From positions 2,750,544-2,814,543 of the forward strand of contig OZ242272.1 in assembly GCA_965207135.1 (NCBI GenBank): 64,000 nt of DNA, read 5' to 3'. The number at the start of each line of letters is the position of its first letter. Within the stretch, counting starts at the first letter, position 1. Below, in pieces: positions 1-10,436 of the stretch. The DNA comes from Chloroflexota bacterium (GTDB lineage: Bacteria > Chloroflexota > UBA11872 > VXOZ01). The notes beneath the pieces were generated by a model that was given only the letters and a program-made list of their open reading frames with translations, ran no database searches and was not told the DNA's origin. Both the position numbers and the translations under genes were made by a program.

Positions 1-252
1 CGCGAGCAATCGCCCCAGGTACCTTTCCGCCGCGTGAGCAGGCACGCCGCACATGGGCATCTTCTGACTCTTGCCGAACTCTCGCGCCGTCAGCACGATC
101 TGCAGAGTTTCAGAAGCTACCTTGGCATCGTCGCCAAAAAGCTCGTAGAAGTCGCCGAGGCGAAAGAAGAGCAGCGCATCGGGGTAGTTCTGCTTAATGC
201 GATAGTACTGCTCTTGTATCGGCGTCAGACGCCGTGGGGAAGACGTAGGCAT
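1..252 (-). CDS. mutS: DNA mismatch repair protein MutS, N-terminal part (runs off the left edge)
   Basis: Manual minus-strand translation [47 protein letters not shown]...[10 protein letters not shown] contains the MutS domain I FRxGDFYE motif. Not in the ORF track. Confidence 0.95.
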   Translation of the reverse strand, partial: MPTSSPRRLTPIQEQYYRIKQNYPDALLFFRLGDFYELFGDDAKVASETLQIVLTAREFGKSQKMPMCGVPAHAAERYLGRLLA

Positions 253-410
253 CGGCACAGTGCTTTCAAAGCGCGGGACAGTCGCGAAGTCCCGACCGTG
301 GGAATTGGGACGGCTTTGTCACCATTCTAGGTTGGGCGGGAGTCCCATTCAAGCGGTGCCGGCCACGGTGGCTGCCGGAGAGCGTGGTTTGCTCAGGTGT
401 CGGGAGACGC

Positions 411-1463
411 CTATTCTTCTTGAAGAATCGCCGGCCAGCGGCTGACAAACGAAAACATCAGGGTTGTAAGGTTCGTCAGCGAGTCAAGATGGACCATCTC
501 GAACCCGTGGGTATTCTCGCACGGGAAGGCGAGCGCCGCGATCCGGCCGATTGCGGCTACCTTGCGGGCTATGGATGCGTTCGTGCCGTAGGACTCCAGC
601 GCGGCGTACTGTATCTCAAGATCGAGCTCCCCGGCCAAGGCGGCAAAGCGACGGAGCATTGTCTCGTCGTAGACGTTGTAGGCGTCTTTATACACCAACA
701 CAGGCGCGCCACCGGCCACAATGCCATACTCTTTCGCGACCGGAGCAACCTCCAAGGCAATGTACGTATCTCCCGGGAGGGTGCGCGCCGCAAATGGGCC
801 GCCGCCGCCAGCGTTCTCTTCCGTGCTTGAAAACACCAGGTACACGTCCTGCGGCGGCGGGCTGCTGACGAGCAGCGCGGCCAGTGAGACCAATATCGCC
901 ACCGCGCCTTTGTCGTCCAGGGCATATGTGCCCACGTAGTCGCCAATGCGCAGAGGCTGCTTGCGTTCGCGAGCAACCACTGCCTTGGAACCGGGGTGCA
1001 CGCCCCGTGCCAGGAGTTCCTCCTTGCCAAGCTTGGCATCGAGGTAACAGTCGGACCACTTGAGCGATCGACCTCCCTCCGAGCGAATAGCGTGGATCGG
1101 ACTCTCCTCGGTGACGTGCATCGCGCCAAAGCAGAGCACCGCCGGTACGGTGCCCACGTCTGCCAGGATGTCCATGGGGCCTTCGCCATACTTCCAGGGA
1201 TACGTACCGCCCATGCTTGCAACGCGTATCTTGCCGTCGTCCTCGATGCGCTTGATGACAAGACCGAGTTCATCTTTGTGGGCGTCCAAGATCAACGGGC
1301 AATCGCTCGCCGCTCCCGCTACCTTGACGATAAGGTTGCTGGCGGAGTCCAGCCATACGTCGCACGGCAGCGGCTCAAGATGCGCGCGCAAGACCGCATC
1401 TATTTCCCGTTCATTGCCCACGGGAGAATGCGCGGTCGTGAGTTCGGCGATGAGGTCAAACAT
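411..1463 (-). CDS. M42 family metallopeptidase (M20/M25/M40/M42 clan)
   Basis: Metal-ligand motifs DAHKDE, ALDDK, STEE and THGFE. Confidence 0.85.
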   Translation of the reverse strand: MFDLIAELTTAHSPVGNEREIDAVLRAHLEPLPCDVWLDSASNLIVKVAGAASDCPLILDAHKDELGLVIKRIEDDGKIRVASMGGTYPWKYGEGPMDILADVGTVPAVLCFGAMHVTEESPIHAIRSEGGRSLKWSDCYLDAKLGKEELLARGVHPGSKAVVARERKQPLRIGDYVGTYALDDKGAVAILVSLAALLVSSPPPQDVYLVFSSTEENAGGGGPFAARTLPGDTYIALEVAPVAKEYGIVAGGAPVLVYKDAYNVYDETMLRRFAALAGELDLEIQYAALESYGTNASIARKVAAIGRIAALAFPCENTHGFEMVHLDSLTNLTTLMFSFVSRWPAILQEE

Positions 1464-1747
1464 TAGTCAAATTCGTAGTGATTGATGAATTACTGTGTAC
1501 ATTCTAGCTACCCGTTACCACCAAGGCTACCAAACTCAACAAAGTGCAGGTCTAGACCAAACCGCCCCACCGGGACAGACACGCAACCTGTTGCAAACAT
1601 GAAAGCGGTGAGAGCCATGAAGACCCGCTACAGCCACGCTAACGCAAGTTACAGCTACCACCAGAACGACCAAGTGCCAGCAAGCTTTCTGTAATCGCCG
1701 TGTGTAAGAACCGGGTAGGAAACTGCAAGCGCGTATGGGATAGACAG

Positions 1748-2371
1748 CTAGAAGAGCGGCAGCTTGACTGTGATAAAGCGGCGGTGGATACTTCCCAGCG
1801 CATGCACGGGAATGCGCTTCTCCGCTCTGCTATTCGTGAGCCTACCGGCCACTTTCAAACTTTGCAGCTTGTGCGTGAACGGGTCCACGCGCATTTCGTC
1901 CCAGTGCCCCACTTTGGCATAGACATCGCGCACGAAGGTGTTGCCGTCAAGTTCGGCGTCCGGCACAAACGTATCCGGGAGTGCGGCCGCCTCCGCATGT
2001 ACGCTGCCGTCAGCGCGGTGCTGGAGCACGAGCGGCACACCGGCAATTGCGTCTACGTCAGGAAACGCCGACAGCGCCTGGCGCAGGTCCGACGCGGCAA
2101 TTGTTAAGGCAATAGCCTGGCCGCTCACTCCGCGCACAAGCATGAGCGGCGCCTGGACGCGCACGATACCTTCCGCCGCCGTTGAGGGTGTTGTTGCCCG
2201 CCCCTCGCGGACCGCAGCTACCTCCACCGGCGCCGGGACGACAAGGGCCTGATCGAGGTGCAAGACTATGGCTTTTACGGTTCGCGACAGCGGATCGATG
2301 ATAAAGCCGCCGAGCGTGCCAAGCGCTTCCCCATCATCTGCAGTGATAGGTGCGCCAAGCGCTAGATCCAT
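1748..2371 (-). CDS. hypothetical protein with PRC-barrel-like segments
   Basis: GAPITADDGEALGTLGGFIIDP and KVGHWDEMRVDP resemble PRC barrels; GGAGG RBS precedes ATG at 2371. Confidence 0.55.
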   Translation of the reverse strand: MDLALGAPITADDGEALGTLGGFIIDPLSRTVKAIVLHLDQALVVPAPVEVAAVREGRATTPSTAAEGIVRVQAPLMLVRGVSGQAIALTIAASDLRQALSAFPDVDAIAGVPLVLQHRADGSVHAEAAALPDTFVPDAELDGNTFVRDVYAKVGHWDEMRVDPFTHKLQSLKVAGRLTNSRAEKRIPVHALGSIHRRFITVKLPLF

Positions 2372-2495
2372 CAGATACCTCCATTCAGACAGGCGCCAGA
2401 CTGAAGCCATTGTAGCGGATAGGCCGTTTGCTGGCTAGCAGCGAGAGCTAGGAACTCCGCAGGTGCTCAGCCCTGCTTTGGGCACGATTCCACTA

Positions 2496-2903
2496 TCAGC
2501 CCGGCACGGTGAGCGCCAAGCTCAGACCAAATCCTGCGAGCAGTCCCCACCAGCGCCAGTCCGGCGGCCGCCAGCGTCCTTCACTGCGCGTCTCGGTCCA
2601 AGCGAATGCGGCAAAGTGCGTGAGACCCATCACGAGCAGCGCCAGCCACGCCCACCAATGGCCGTCCCGGATGCCCCAAAAGGTCAATCCCCACCACGCC
2701 ACACCCATGATGAATACGTGCATGGCGATATGGCGCGAGAATGCGCGCAATTCTGGGGCGTCACGCGCCCCTAGCCGTGGGGCCAGACACTTTCCATAGG
2801 GACCAAAACCGGCCAGGGTGGCCACCGTGAGCGCAAAATGGATTGCCGCTCCCAAGAGAAGCAGAAGCCAAGCTGCGGTGAAGAGATAGAATTGTATTGT
2901 CAT
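2496..2903 (-). CDS. hypothetical membrane protein (about 4 TM)
   Basis: Hydrophobic, Trp-rich helices; start codon uncertain. Confidence 0.55.
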   Translation of the reverse strand: MTIQFYLFTAAWLLLLLGAAIHFALTVATLAGFGPYGKCLAPRLGARDAPELRAFSRHIAMHVFIMGVAWWGLTFWGIRDGHWWAWLALLVMGLTHFAAFAWTETRSEGRWRPPDWRWWGLLAGFGLSLALTVPG

Positions 2904-3073
2904 CTCACTTAACATTCTAGCTAAGTCCACAATTATGTTAAGAATCACAGGCCACAGTTACCATGCTTTTTCAGCATCTTACCTGAAATCGATACGATGG
3001 GATTTCCATTTACTTAACGCTCAATGGGACTAGCTCATGGCGGCGCGACAATCGTCCGTTGGTCCGAAACTAT

Positions 3074-3095
3074 CTGTCCTGAGCATGTCGAATGG
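3074..3095. repeat. REP-like repeat, CTGAGC-TGTCGAA family (degenerate copy)
   Basis: ctgtcctgagcatgtcgaatgg resembles the copies at 27149-27265 and 53140-53172. Confidence 0.45.
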
Positions 3096-3204
3096 CCAAG
3101 AGATGTCTATCCCCGCTACAGATCTCAGCATGTCGCGTGTCAGTCGCAAGTTCGAGACACGTGGACGCAAGGTAATTGTTTCCTGTGAGAGGCGTCTCTC
3201 TAAA

Positions 3205-3232
3205 TGAACAATTGCGCCCCGTTCTCCGTATA
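3205..3232 (+). promoter_or_regulatory. putative ECF-sigma (autoregulatory) promoter
   Basis: TGAACA-N16-CGTATA directly upstream of the AGGAGG RBS of the ECF sigma gene; resembles the SigW-type AAC/CGT consensus. Confidence 0.5.
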
Positions 3233-3253
3233 CATATATGAGAGGAGGTACGG

Positions 3254-3871
3254 GTGTCTGAGTGTAGTGAGCAAGGTCTTTTCTTGAAAACGCGCGCAGG
3301 CGACCGTGCTGCCTTTACGCCTTTGCAGGAATGCCTTGAGCCAGCGGTGCGTGGCTTCGTGCGGCGGCTCATCGGCCAGAGTGATGCGGAGGACGATATA
3401 GTTCAAGATGCGTTTCTGGCGCTCTATATGAATCTGAAGCGGATTGATCCGGTCGAGAATCTGCGCCCATTCCTCTTTCGCATTGTGCGCAATCTCTGCT
3501 ACGACGAATTGCGGCGCAAGGGTCGGTTTCGCGCCACGTTCGTCCCAATGGTCGCGAGAAGAGCCGAGCAGCAGCCGGCGCATCTTCGTATACAAGACCC
3601 CGGGACACCGCCGGATGAGGCAGTGCAGACGTTGCTGCTCCTTCAGGAGGTGCAACACGCCTTCGAGAAACTGCCGGAGTTGCAACGCCAGACTATGATC
3701 CTCTATGCCGAGGAAGACTTCACCTACGAACAGATTGCCGCAGCAATGAGCACAAGTGTTGGTACGGTAAAGTCGCGCCTCCACTATGCGCGGCAGAATC
3801 TGCACAGGCTCTTGCATCCAGCAGTCCTGGAGGCGCTAGGTCTAGCAAACAGGAAGAAAGGAGCGAAGTAG
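3254..3871 (+). CDS. ECF RNA polymerase sigma-70 factor
   Basis: Region 2 (DAEDDIVQDAFL, FLFRIVRNLCYD) and region 4 (YEQIAAAMSTSVGTVKSRLHYAR); AGGAGG RBS. Confidence 0.92.
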   Translation: MSECSEQGLFLKTRAGDRAAFTPLQECLEPAVRGFVRRLIGQSDAEDDIVQDAFLALYMNLKRIDPVENLRPFLFRIVRNLCYDELRRKGRFRATFVPMVARRAEQQPAHLRIQDPGTPPDEAVQTLLLLQEVQHAFEKLPELQRQTMILYAEEDFTYEQIAAAMSTSVGTVKSRLHYARQNLHRLLHPAVLEALGLANRKKGAK

Positions 3872-3982
3872 CGGACACAGCGCCGACGGGACGTCCTTCC
3901 CCACATTCAAAGCAGGAGGAAGGCAGCGCGTGACGGCGCAGGATGACTTGCAGTAGTCCCTTGCCAGCACAAGGAGAGACAG

Positions 3983-4504
3983 ATGCTTCCCACCAGCGAA
4001 GATAGCGTGCAGGAACAGACAGAGAGAGGAGCATTGCCAATGCCCGAAACTGAGAATACGCTCCGCGCATTGATCCGGCTTATTCCCCCGGCCCGTGCCC
4101 TAAAGGAAGAGCTCGAAAAGGGCCTCCACATGGAGTTGTACGAGGGCGCCGGCGAGATGGCAGTAAGGAGTTTTCAGGGTCTTCAGACTAGTGTGGCGCG
4201 TCTGACTGCTGATCCGTACGTAGAGTCCCTTTCCGCACGTGTCCATCCGGATGCCGATGACAAGCAGAAGGTCGCTGTTACGCTGCTGGCTATCGGTCAG
4301 CTCTTGGCCTATCTAGAGGGCCAGACCGGGCTGCCGGGTGTGGGAGGAGGCGACTACTACATGCAATTGGCGCCAAATATCAATGTTCTGAGCGGCAGTA
4401 TCGAGGGTGTCTCGCCTAAAGCGATCGAGAAAGCGCTGGATATCGCCAGCGCCGGAGCTACTAAAGCGGAGGAGAGTGAGAAGCAAGACGCAGGGCCGGA
4501 GTGA
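3983..4504 (+). CDS. hypothetical protein downstream of the ECF sigma factor
   Basis: 173-aa ORF with AAGGAG RBS; helical, no recognised domain; alternative start at 4040. Confidence 0.7.
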   Translation: MLPTSEDSVQEQTERGALPMPETENTLRALIRLIPPARALKEELEKGLHMELYEGAGEMAVRSFQGLQTSVARLTADPYVESLSARVHPDADDKQKVAVTLLAIGQLLAYLEGQTGLPGVGGGDYYMQLAPNINVLSGSIEGVSPKAIEKALDIASAGATKAEESEKQDAGPE

Positions 4505-4661
4505 TTGCATTTTGTTTTTTCTCTGGCACAGTAACGAGAAGTGTCGACGGAGTGGTCCGCACTGGCGATAGATTCTGTCTTGGCCGCGGGGCTAAGAGTC
4601 TGCAAGCGCACCGTGCAGCTTGCTACAAGAGATGATTAGATTCGGCTGTGTTGACCACTCT

Positions 4662-4687
4662 TGTCATGCCGAAAAGGGCAGGAATCC
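4662..4687. repeat. REP-like GTCAT...GGAATCC palindrome (degenerate)
   Basis: tgtcatgccgaaaagggcaggaatcc; same family as 58146-58172. Confidence 0.45.
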
Positions 4688-4856
4688 GTCCCGGCCTCTT
4701 GACGTTTGGCTGAAAACTCTGGATCAAAACTCCACTTAATGCGTCGGTCGAAGAACCGGATTACCCAAAGTCTTGTGAAAATGGTCTCACGTCACCATCG
4801 TCTGACCGTAGCGAGCGCACATTCCCTCTTCGCCTAAATACGCCCTTAGCAAGGAA

Positions 4857-6056
4857 TCACGATAAAGCGCGCCGTTCACGCTGATGGCGAGTTTCTGGCA
4901 CAAACCACGCGAGATTACTCGCGGCCAGTGCGCCGACACCAGCTAACACTACGGCAGCAAGTCCAAGCCCTGTAAGGTCCGCCACTGCGCCTACGACCAG
5001 CGGTCCCCCGGTATTCCCCCCGTCGCCAATTAGCCGCCACAGCCCGAGGAACTCACCCATCGCGTCCCGGGGTGCGAGATCGCTGCCGAGAGTCATCATG
5101 GTGCCGGAGCCGAGACCGTTGCCAAGACCCATGATAGCAGCCGCCGCGAGCAACGAGGCGTAGCCTACGGTCAGGGGCACCATTGCCATGCCCGTGCCAA
5201 GGATGATCATGGAAGGCACCGAAGCCCACTTGCGCCCCATGCGGTCCTGCAGCAGGCCGGCGATGCCAAAGAGCGACATGTCGATAGCGGCTGAGACTGT
5301 GAGAATGACACCCACTGCCGCCACGTCTAGCCCCAAGACCGTCGCACCGTACAACGGCACGATGAGTTCGCGTCCCGCGCGAATCATCTGTGCGAGAATC
5401 TGGGCGCTCCCGGCCGCAAACAGATCGCGACGGTACGTTCTTACAATCTGCGCCATGGTCCGCCAGTGCGGGCGGCGATGCGCAGCCTGGGCCTGCTTAC
5501 GCGACTCCGGCACGTAGATGAGGGTGATGACGAGAGCAACGCCGGCCAAGGCAGCCGCAAACAGGAAAGGCGTTTGCAACCCAAGTTTCGCACCGACGAA
5601 ACCGCCAATGGCGGGACTGGCAAACACGCCGATGCGGCTAACACCTCCGAAGGCCGATAGGGCACGTCCCCGTACGTCCAAAGGGATGACTTCTGAGATA
5701 AATGCCATGCGGGAGAGCATCCACATGGCCGTGCCCGCGCCGGAGACCAACCGCAGCAACACCAGTACGTAGTAGTTTTCAATCAGCCCCATCAGCAATA
5801 GTGAGAGGCACGCCACGCCCACGCCAAGCAGCATCACTTTGCGGCTGCCCAAGCGCTCAAGCATCACGCCGGAGGGAAGGTCCGTAACCAGAGTGCCGAT
5901 GCCTTTTGCGGCAACCGCCAGGCTCACCAAGCTGAACGAAACGCCAAATGTGGTGGCATAGAGGGGCAGCGTTGGGATCAAGAGGCCCTGCGTAAATGCC
6001 ATCAGGAAGCTAGGCAAATACACCGGTAGCAAGAGCGCAAAGACGCGACGGCTCAT
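4857..6056 (-). CDS. MFS transporter
   Basis: About 12 TM helices; motif A variants GVMLERLGSRK and GLLQDRMGRK. Confidence 0.9.
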   Translation of the reverse strand: MSRRVFALLLPVYLPSFLMAFTQGLLIPTLPLYATTFGVSFSLVSLAVAAKGIGTLVTDLPSGVMLERLGSRKVMLLGVGVACLSLLLMGLIENYYVLVLLRLVSGAGTAMWMLSRMAFISEVIPLDVRGRALSAFGGVSRIGVFASPAIGGFVGAKLGLQTPFLFAAALAGVALVITLIYVPESRKQAQAAHRRPHWRTMAQIVRTYRRDLFAAGSAQILAQMIRAGRELIVPLYGATVLGLDVAAVGVILTVSAAIDMSLFGIAGLLQDRMGRKWASVPSMIILGTGMAMVPLTVGYASLLAAAAIMGLGNGLGSGTMMTLGSDLAPRDAMGEFLGLWRLIGDGGNTGGPLVVGAVADLTGLGLAAVVLAGVGALAASNLAWFVPETRHQRERRALS

Positions 6057-6385
6057 GGGACGAATTGCATGGAAGGTGGTCCACTAAGCCATCCGCTTCC
6101 AGAGTCAACGGGAGAAGCATGGTGAACCGGCCCGGCTACGGCAGTCGTGCCGCCGGCTGCGCCCGGCGCGCGCACGTGAAATCGACAGGGAGAACTAAAC
6201 GTCGGCATCTCTAAGTAAAAGACACGTCAAGGAGGCAACAAACGGCGCTGGCGCATCTACTATAGCACATGCCGGTGGGTGGTTTGGCAGCCGGTATACG
6301 CTTGCATCTTGAGCGTCTTTCATTCAAGTCACAGCGCGTTACAAAGCCAAACTAAGGCAATCGCGCGCTGATTCATCAATGGTGC

Positions 6386-6414
6386 TTGCATCAATATGAT
6401 TGGTCTCGTATACT
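6386..6414 (+). promoter_or_regulatory. sigma70-type promoter
   Basis: TTGCAT-N17-TATACT about 145 nt upstream of the zinc-ribbon gene. Confidence 0.55.
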
Positions 6415-6558
6415 TGGCCAATCAATGCACGTCATGCGTGTGTATGCATGAATGAGCATTGTGCGAGAGTGGTGCGACGGGCGTAAAATCGTATTATTAC
6501 GCGGTTGTGATTGATGTGAGGTGCAGGCGGTGAGAACCAGCGCAAGGAGAGGCTCATA

Positions 6559-6837
6559 GTGTCAGCCGAGGATCGCTCGATAATCTGTGTGGAGTGCAAC
6601 CAGCCATTTGCTTTTACTGCCGGAGAGCAAGCGTTCTATCAAGAAAAGGGCCTCATGCATGAGCCCCGCCGCTGTCCGGAGTGTCGCACGGCACGACGGC
6701 GGGAACGCCACGGCGAGCGGCAGATGCATGAAGGGGTGTGCGCAGATTGCGGCAGCGTTGCTCGCGTACCGTTTGTACCGCGCGATGACCGGCCTATCTA
6801 CTGCAGCGACTGTTTTACAAACCGCCGCGCCGAATAG
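6559..6837 (+). CDS. zinc-ribbon / CxxC-x17-CxxC domain protein
   Basis: CVEC..FTAGEQAFYQEKG..EPRRCPEC and CADC..VPFVPRDDRPIYCSDC; AAGGAG RBS. Confidence 0.88.
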   Translation: MSAEDRSIICVECNQPFAFTAGEQAFYQEKGLMHEPRRCPECRTARRRERHGERQMHEGVCADCGSVARVPFVPRDDRPIYCSDCFTNRRAE

Positions 6838-7037
6838 CACGGGCTGACATTGGAACCAATTCGAGGCTGAGAGTCCCTCTCGAGCCCTTCCAGCCGTGGG
6901 TCTACATGGGCCAGCCCATCTACTCATATCCTTCGCATACATCGCATCGAAACGAAGGGGCGCAACGGCCTCACCGAGGCGAGCCAAGGCGCTCCGGAGA
7001 ATTCGCCAGTTAGCTGGCATTTCTCGTGAGAGAATGG

Positions 7038-7094
7038 TTGACAAGGATATTATCTTTTGGTAGCCTTGACTGTGAAGCGTGATCTCTATATAAT
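7038..7094 (+). promoter_or_regulatory. tandem sigma70 promoters of rho
   Basis: TTGACA-N17-TAGCCT (7038-7066) and TTGACT-N17-TATAAT (7066-7094). Confidence 0.7.
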
Positions 7095-7396
7095 CCTTCC
7101 ATACATCCGCACGACCTTCTCTTTAGAATAACTATAGAAGTATCTGCTTCGACACGCTGTTCTTTCCACAGGCCTACCAAGTTACCCTTCACTGCTTATC
7201 AGCGCCCAGACACTTCGAGACCGCACTGGCTCTGAATCTTCCACTATTCGATGCTCACTAGTTGGCGCAAAGCACGCATACAACTCGCGGCAGGGTAACT
7301 TACCGAAGGCGAAGGTCGTATCCAGCACAATACGCCAAGCCTACCAAGCTATACACAGCCTTGGTTCGTTGTATTGGAAATGTAAGGAGGACAAAT

Positions 7397-8779
7397 CTGT
7401 CAACAGTTATACCCTCTCGCAAACGTGGCAATCGTCGTCGCAAACGTTCTACCCGCCATTGGATGCAACGCAATGAATCGGACCATGCATCCAAGCCAAC
7501 CAAGCAAAGGAGTGATCCCGGAGTGCAATACGCAGATCTAGACGCGAAACCTCTGGCCGAGTTGCGAGAGCGCGCTAGAGAACTGGGAATCAGCGGTTAT
7601 TCAGTTCTTAAAAAGCACGAACTCGTCAATCGGCTACTGCAGGCACAATCTGAAGAACAAGGCAACCTCTATCGCACCGGGCTCCTTGAGACCATTGACG
7701 ATGGGTATGGCTTCCTACGCCTTCACCGCTATTGGAATACCGGCTGGGCCGAGGACGTCTATGTTGCACCCACGCAGATTCGCCGCTTGAGTCTGCGCAC
7801 CGGTGACATGATCGCCGGCCAAGTGCGTTCCCCTAAAGAAGGGGAAAAGTATTACGGCCTCTTGCGGGTCGAGACCGTCAACAACCTTGATCCCGAAGAA
7901 GCCAAGCGCCGCCCGCATTTCGAATCCTTCAAGGCGGTGTTCCCCAATGAACGCCTTGATCTGGAGACGCCCACCCCCAGCATTACCGGTCGCCTGGTAA
8001 ACCTCGTCTCTCCAATCGGCCGCGGCCAGCGTGGTTTGATCGTCGCGCCGCCCAAGACCGGTAAGACTATGCTCATGCAGAGCATTGCAAACTCTGTCAT
8101 GACGAATTACCCCGATGTTCACGTCATGGTGGTGCTTATCGGTGAGCGTCCTGAGGAAGTGACCGACTGGGAACGCAGCGTCGGCGCGGAGGTTGTCGCC
8201 TCTACGTTCGACGAGATGCCGGAAAACCAGACTCGCATCGCCGAACTGGCGCTGGAACGCGCCAAACGGATGGTAGAGGGCGGCCAAGACGTGATGTTGC
8301 TGCTCGATTCAATCACCCGTCTTACGCGCGCGTACAATCAAGCGATCCCACCGAGCGGACGCACCCTCTCAGGCGGCATCGACCCCGCTGCTATCTACCC
8401 GCCGAAGCGTTTCTTCGGTGCAGCACGCAACGTCGACGACGGCGGCAGCCTGACGATGCTTGCAACGTGCTTGGTCGAGACCGAAAGCCGCATGGACGAC
8501 GTCATCTACGAGGAATTCAAGGGTACCGGCAATATGGAACTGCGGCTCGACCGCAAGTTCGCCGAGCGCCGTATCTACCCCGCGATTGACGTGGAACGTT
8601 CCGGCACCAGACGCGAGGAACTCCTGCTCGAGTCGGAGATTCTGCAGAAGGTGGTTACGCTCCGCCGCATGCTCGCCGCCCTCGGCAACACCGAAGGCTT
8701 CGAAGCCATGCTCAAACGGCTGGAGCGCACGAAGTCGAATGCAGACTTCCTCTCGCGGCTGAGCCGAGACGCAGTGTAA
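7397..8779 (+). CDS. rho: transcription termination factor Rho (start uncertain: CTG 7397 or GTG 7523)
   Basis: [24 protein letters not shown] Walker A, LDSITRL and [10 protein letters not shown] motifs. Confidence 0.95.
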   Translation: MSTVIPSRKRGNRRRKRSTRHWMQRNESDHASKPTKQRSDPGVQYADLDAKPLAELRERARELGISGYSVLKKHELVNRLLQAQSEEQGNLYRTGLLETIDDGYGFLRLHRYWNTGWAEDVYVAPTQIRRLSLRTGDMIAGQVRSPKEGEKYYGLLRVETVNNLDPEEAKRRPHFESFKAVFPNERLDLETPTPSITGRLVNLVSPIGRGQRGLIVAPPKTGKTMLMQSIANSVMTNYPDVHVMVVLIGERPEEVTDWERSVGAEVVASTFDEMPENQTRIAELALERAKRMVEGGQDVMLLLDSITRLTRAYNQAIPPSGRTLSGGIDPAAIYPPKRFFGAARNVDDGGSLTMLATCLVETESRMDDVIYEEFKGTGNMELRLDRKFAERRIYPAIDVERSGTRREELLLESEILQKVVTLRRMLAALGNTEGFEAMLKRLERTKSNADFLSRLSRDAV

Positions 8780-8820
8780 TCGGGCGATCGCGATTCGCGT
8801 TGTCCGCAATTCTGTAGCCA

Positions 8821-10026
8821 ATGAATGTCTGCGGCCGGCATAAGGCGCTTTCGGGCACTGCTGGAGTCTGCCTCGCAGGCGTTCTTTGGCTCTCCCTGTT
8901 CCTGTTAGCGTGTGCCTCGACTGATACCTCGCGTGCGCTTGTCGAACTCGACGTGCAACCGGCCACGCTGCAAGCCAACGGCGCCGGCGCGGTTTCCATC
9001 CGGTATCACCTTGCGCGCCAGTCGATCGTGTCGGTAGCATTACGCTCCACCGACGGCGAAACGTACCTCTTGCGCGACCGCGTCGCTCGCGGACCGGGGA
9101 CGTTCTCTTTCAGCTTTCGTGGAGCCATTGCCGGCCGCGTCCTGCCAAACGGCCGCTATGAAGTCGTCGCCACGGCCCAGGGCTCTGAGGCTGAAGAGGC
9201 CATTGAGCGGCGTCAACCGCTCACGATTGTAAATGCCGATACCGAGCCCCCTGTCATCGCGGACCTCCACGTCTCTCCAGCAGTGGTTTCGCCCAACCAA
9301 GACGGTGTAGACGACCGCTTGACGATTGGCTTCACTGTGGCTGAGCCTGTTTCCGTGCATGTGCGCCTCCTGGTTGGCGACGAACCCCGCTGGTTGATTG
9401 AGGACGGCGCCGCGGAACCGGGCTTGGTGCAGGTGTCCTGGCCGCCACCTCTGCGCCACGCGCCGCAACTTAATCAAGCAATAGAGAACCTACCCGCAGG
9501 ACCGGCGGAATTGGAAGTCGCGGTCACAGACCCCGCCGGCAATCGTAGTGTAGAGCGCCAAAGCATTGTGCTTGGCGAGTCCGGCATTCCCCAGGCACAG
9601 TTGTCGGATGTGGAAATTACGCCCGCGGTCGTCATGACCGGCGGCACGATATCGGTGTCTGCGACAATCACCAATACCGGCGCGGTCACGCTCCGCGCGG
9701 CGCCGCCGGGCCCAACTATCTACGCTTGGGGCGAGGATGCCCCTACTCGCGGCTACATTGCCGGCACGGGTACGGTACGTTGGGGTGTGGAGTTCTCGCT
9801 CAATCGCAGCGGCATTGCCTATCCCTTTCGCTGGGGTCTGGGACGCGATCTCGCACCCGGCGAGAGCGTTGCAATAACGGGAAAGATCCAGGTTTCTGAC
9901 GACTTCCCCCTTGAGCCGGTGCAACTCTGGGTGGGCATCATCCACGAAAACAACCGCGTCCTTGCCGACAAACGCGGCATCACGCGCTTAGAACGAAACG
10001 GCAACGCAGATGCGGATTCCCCCTAA
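8821..10026 (+). CDS. putative lipoprotein with FlgD-like/Ig-like domains
   Basis: Signal peptide with LLAC lipobox; SPNQDGVDD motif; beta-rich. Confidence 0.7.
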   Translation: MNVCGRHKALSGTAGVCLAGVLWLSLFLLACASTDTSRALVELDVQPATLQANGAGAVSIRYHLARQSIVSVALRSTDGETYLLRDRVARGPGTFSFSFRGAIAGRVLPNGRYEVVATAQGSEAEEAIERRQPLTIVNADTEPPVIADLHVSPAVVSPNQDGVDDRLTIGFTVAEPVSVHVRLLVGDEPRWLIEDGAAEPGLVQVSWPPPLRHAPQLNQAIENLPAGPAELEVAVTDPAGNRSVERQSIVLGESGIPQAQLSDVEITPAVVMTGGTISVSATITNTGAVTLRAAPPGPTIYAWGEDAPTRGYIAGTGTVRWGVEFSLNRSGIAYPFRWGLGRDLAPGESVAITGKIQVSDDFPLEPVQLWVGIIHENNRVLADKRGITRLERNGNADADSP

Positions 10027-10436
10027 TCGGGTGCAAGCTCTATCGCGAGATCCAATGGGCTGAGATTGACTCTCACAGGCGGATAGGAAGTCCATAGGGC
10101 CTCGGACGTGGCCGCTCACTTGCTCGCAGATTCTTGAACCCGTCCCCTCTCGCTCATCGGCCACAGTATAATGCTGGATCAGGCAACGGATCGCTCGCAG
10201 TAGACAGCGCATGGGCGCTCGAACTGCGGCTGTCGCCGGTGGCAAGCCGTTGAGAACTTGGGCCAAACCAATTTGGCGTCACACTTGGCCAGTTTGCAGG
10301 CTGTTTCACTAGGACTGCGGTATCCCCAAATGAATTATCCGGCTAAAGCTAGATTGACGGGGGCTGGAATTCATTCGAAGCTATGGTGTCGCGGCATCAC
10401 TGCCGGAATGGAAGTGTCCATCGGAAAAGAACTCCC

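Noticed and set aside
34-330. 98-aa plus-strand ORF
   Set aside because: Antisense shadow of the mutS 5' end
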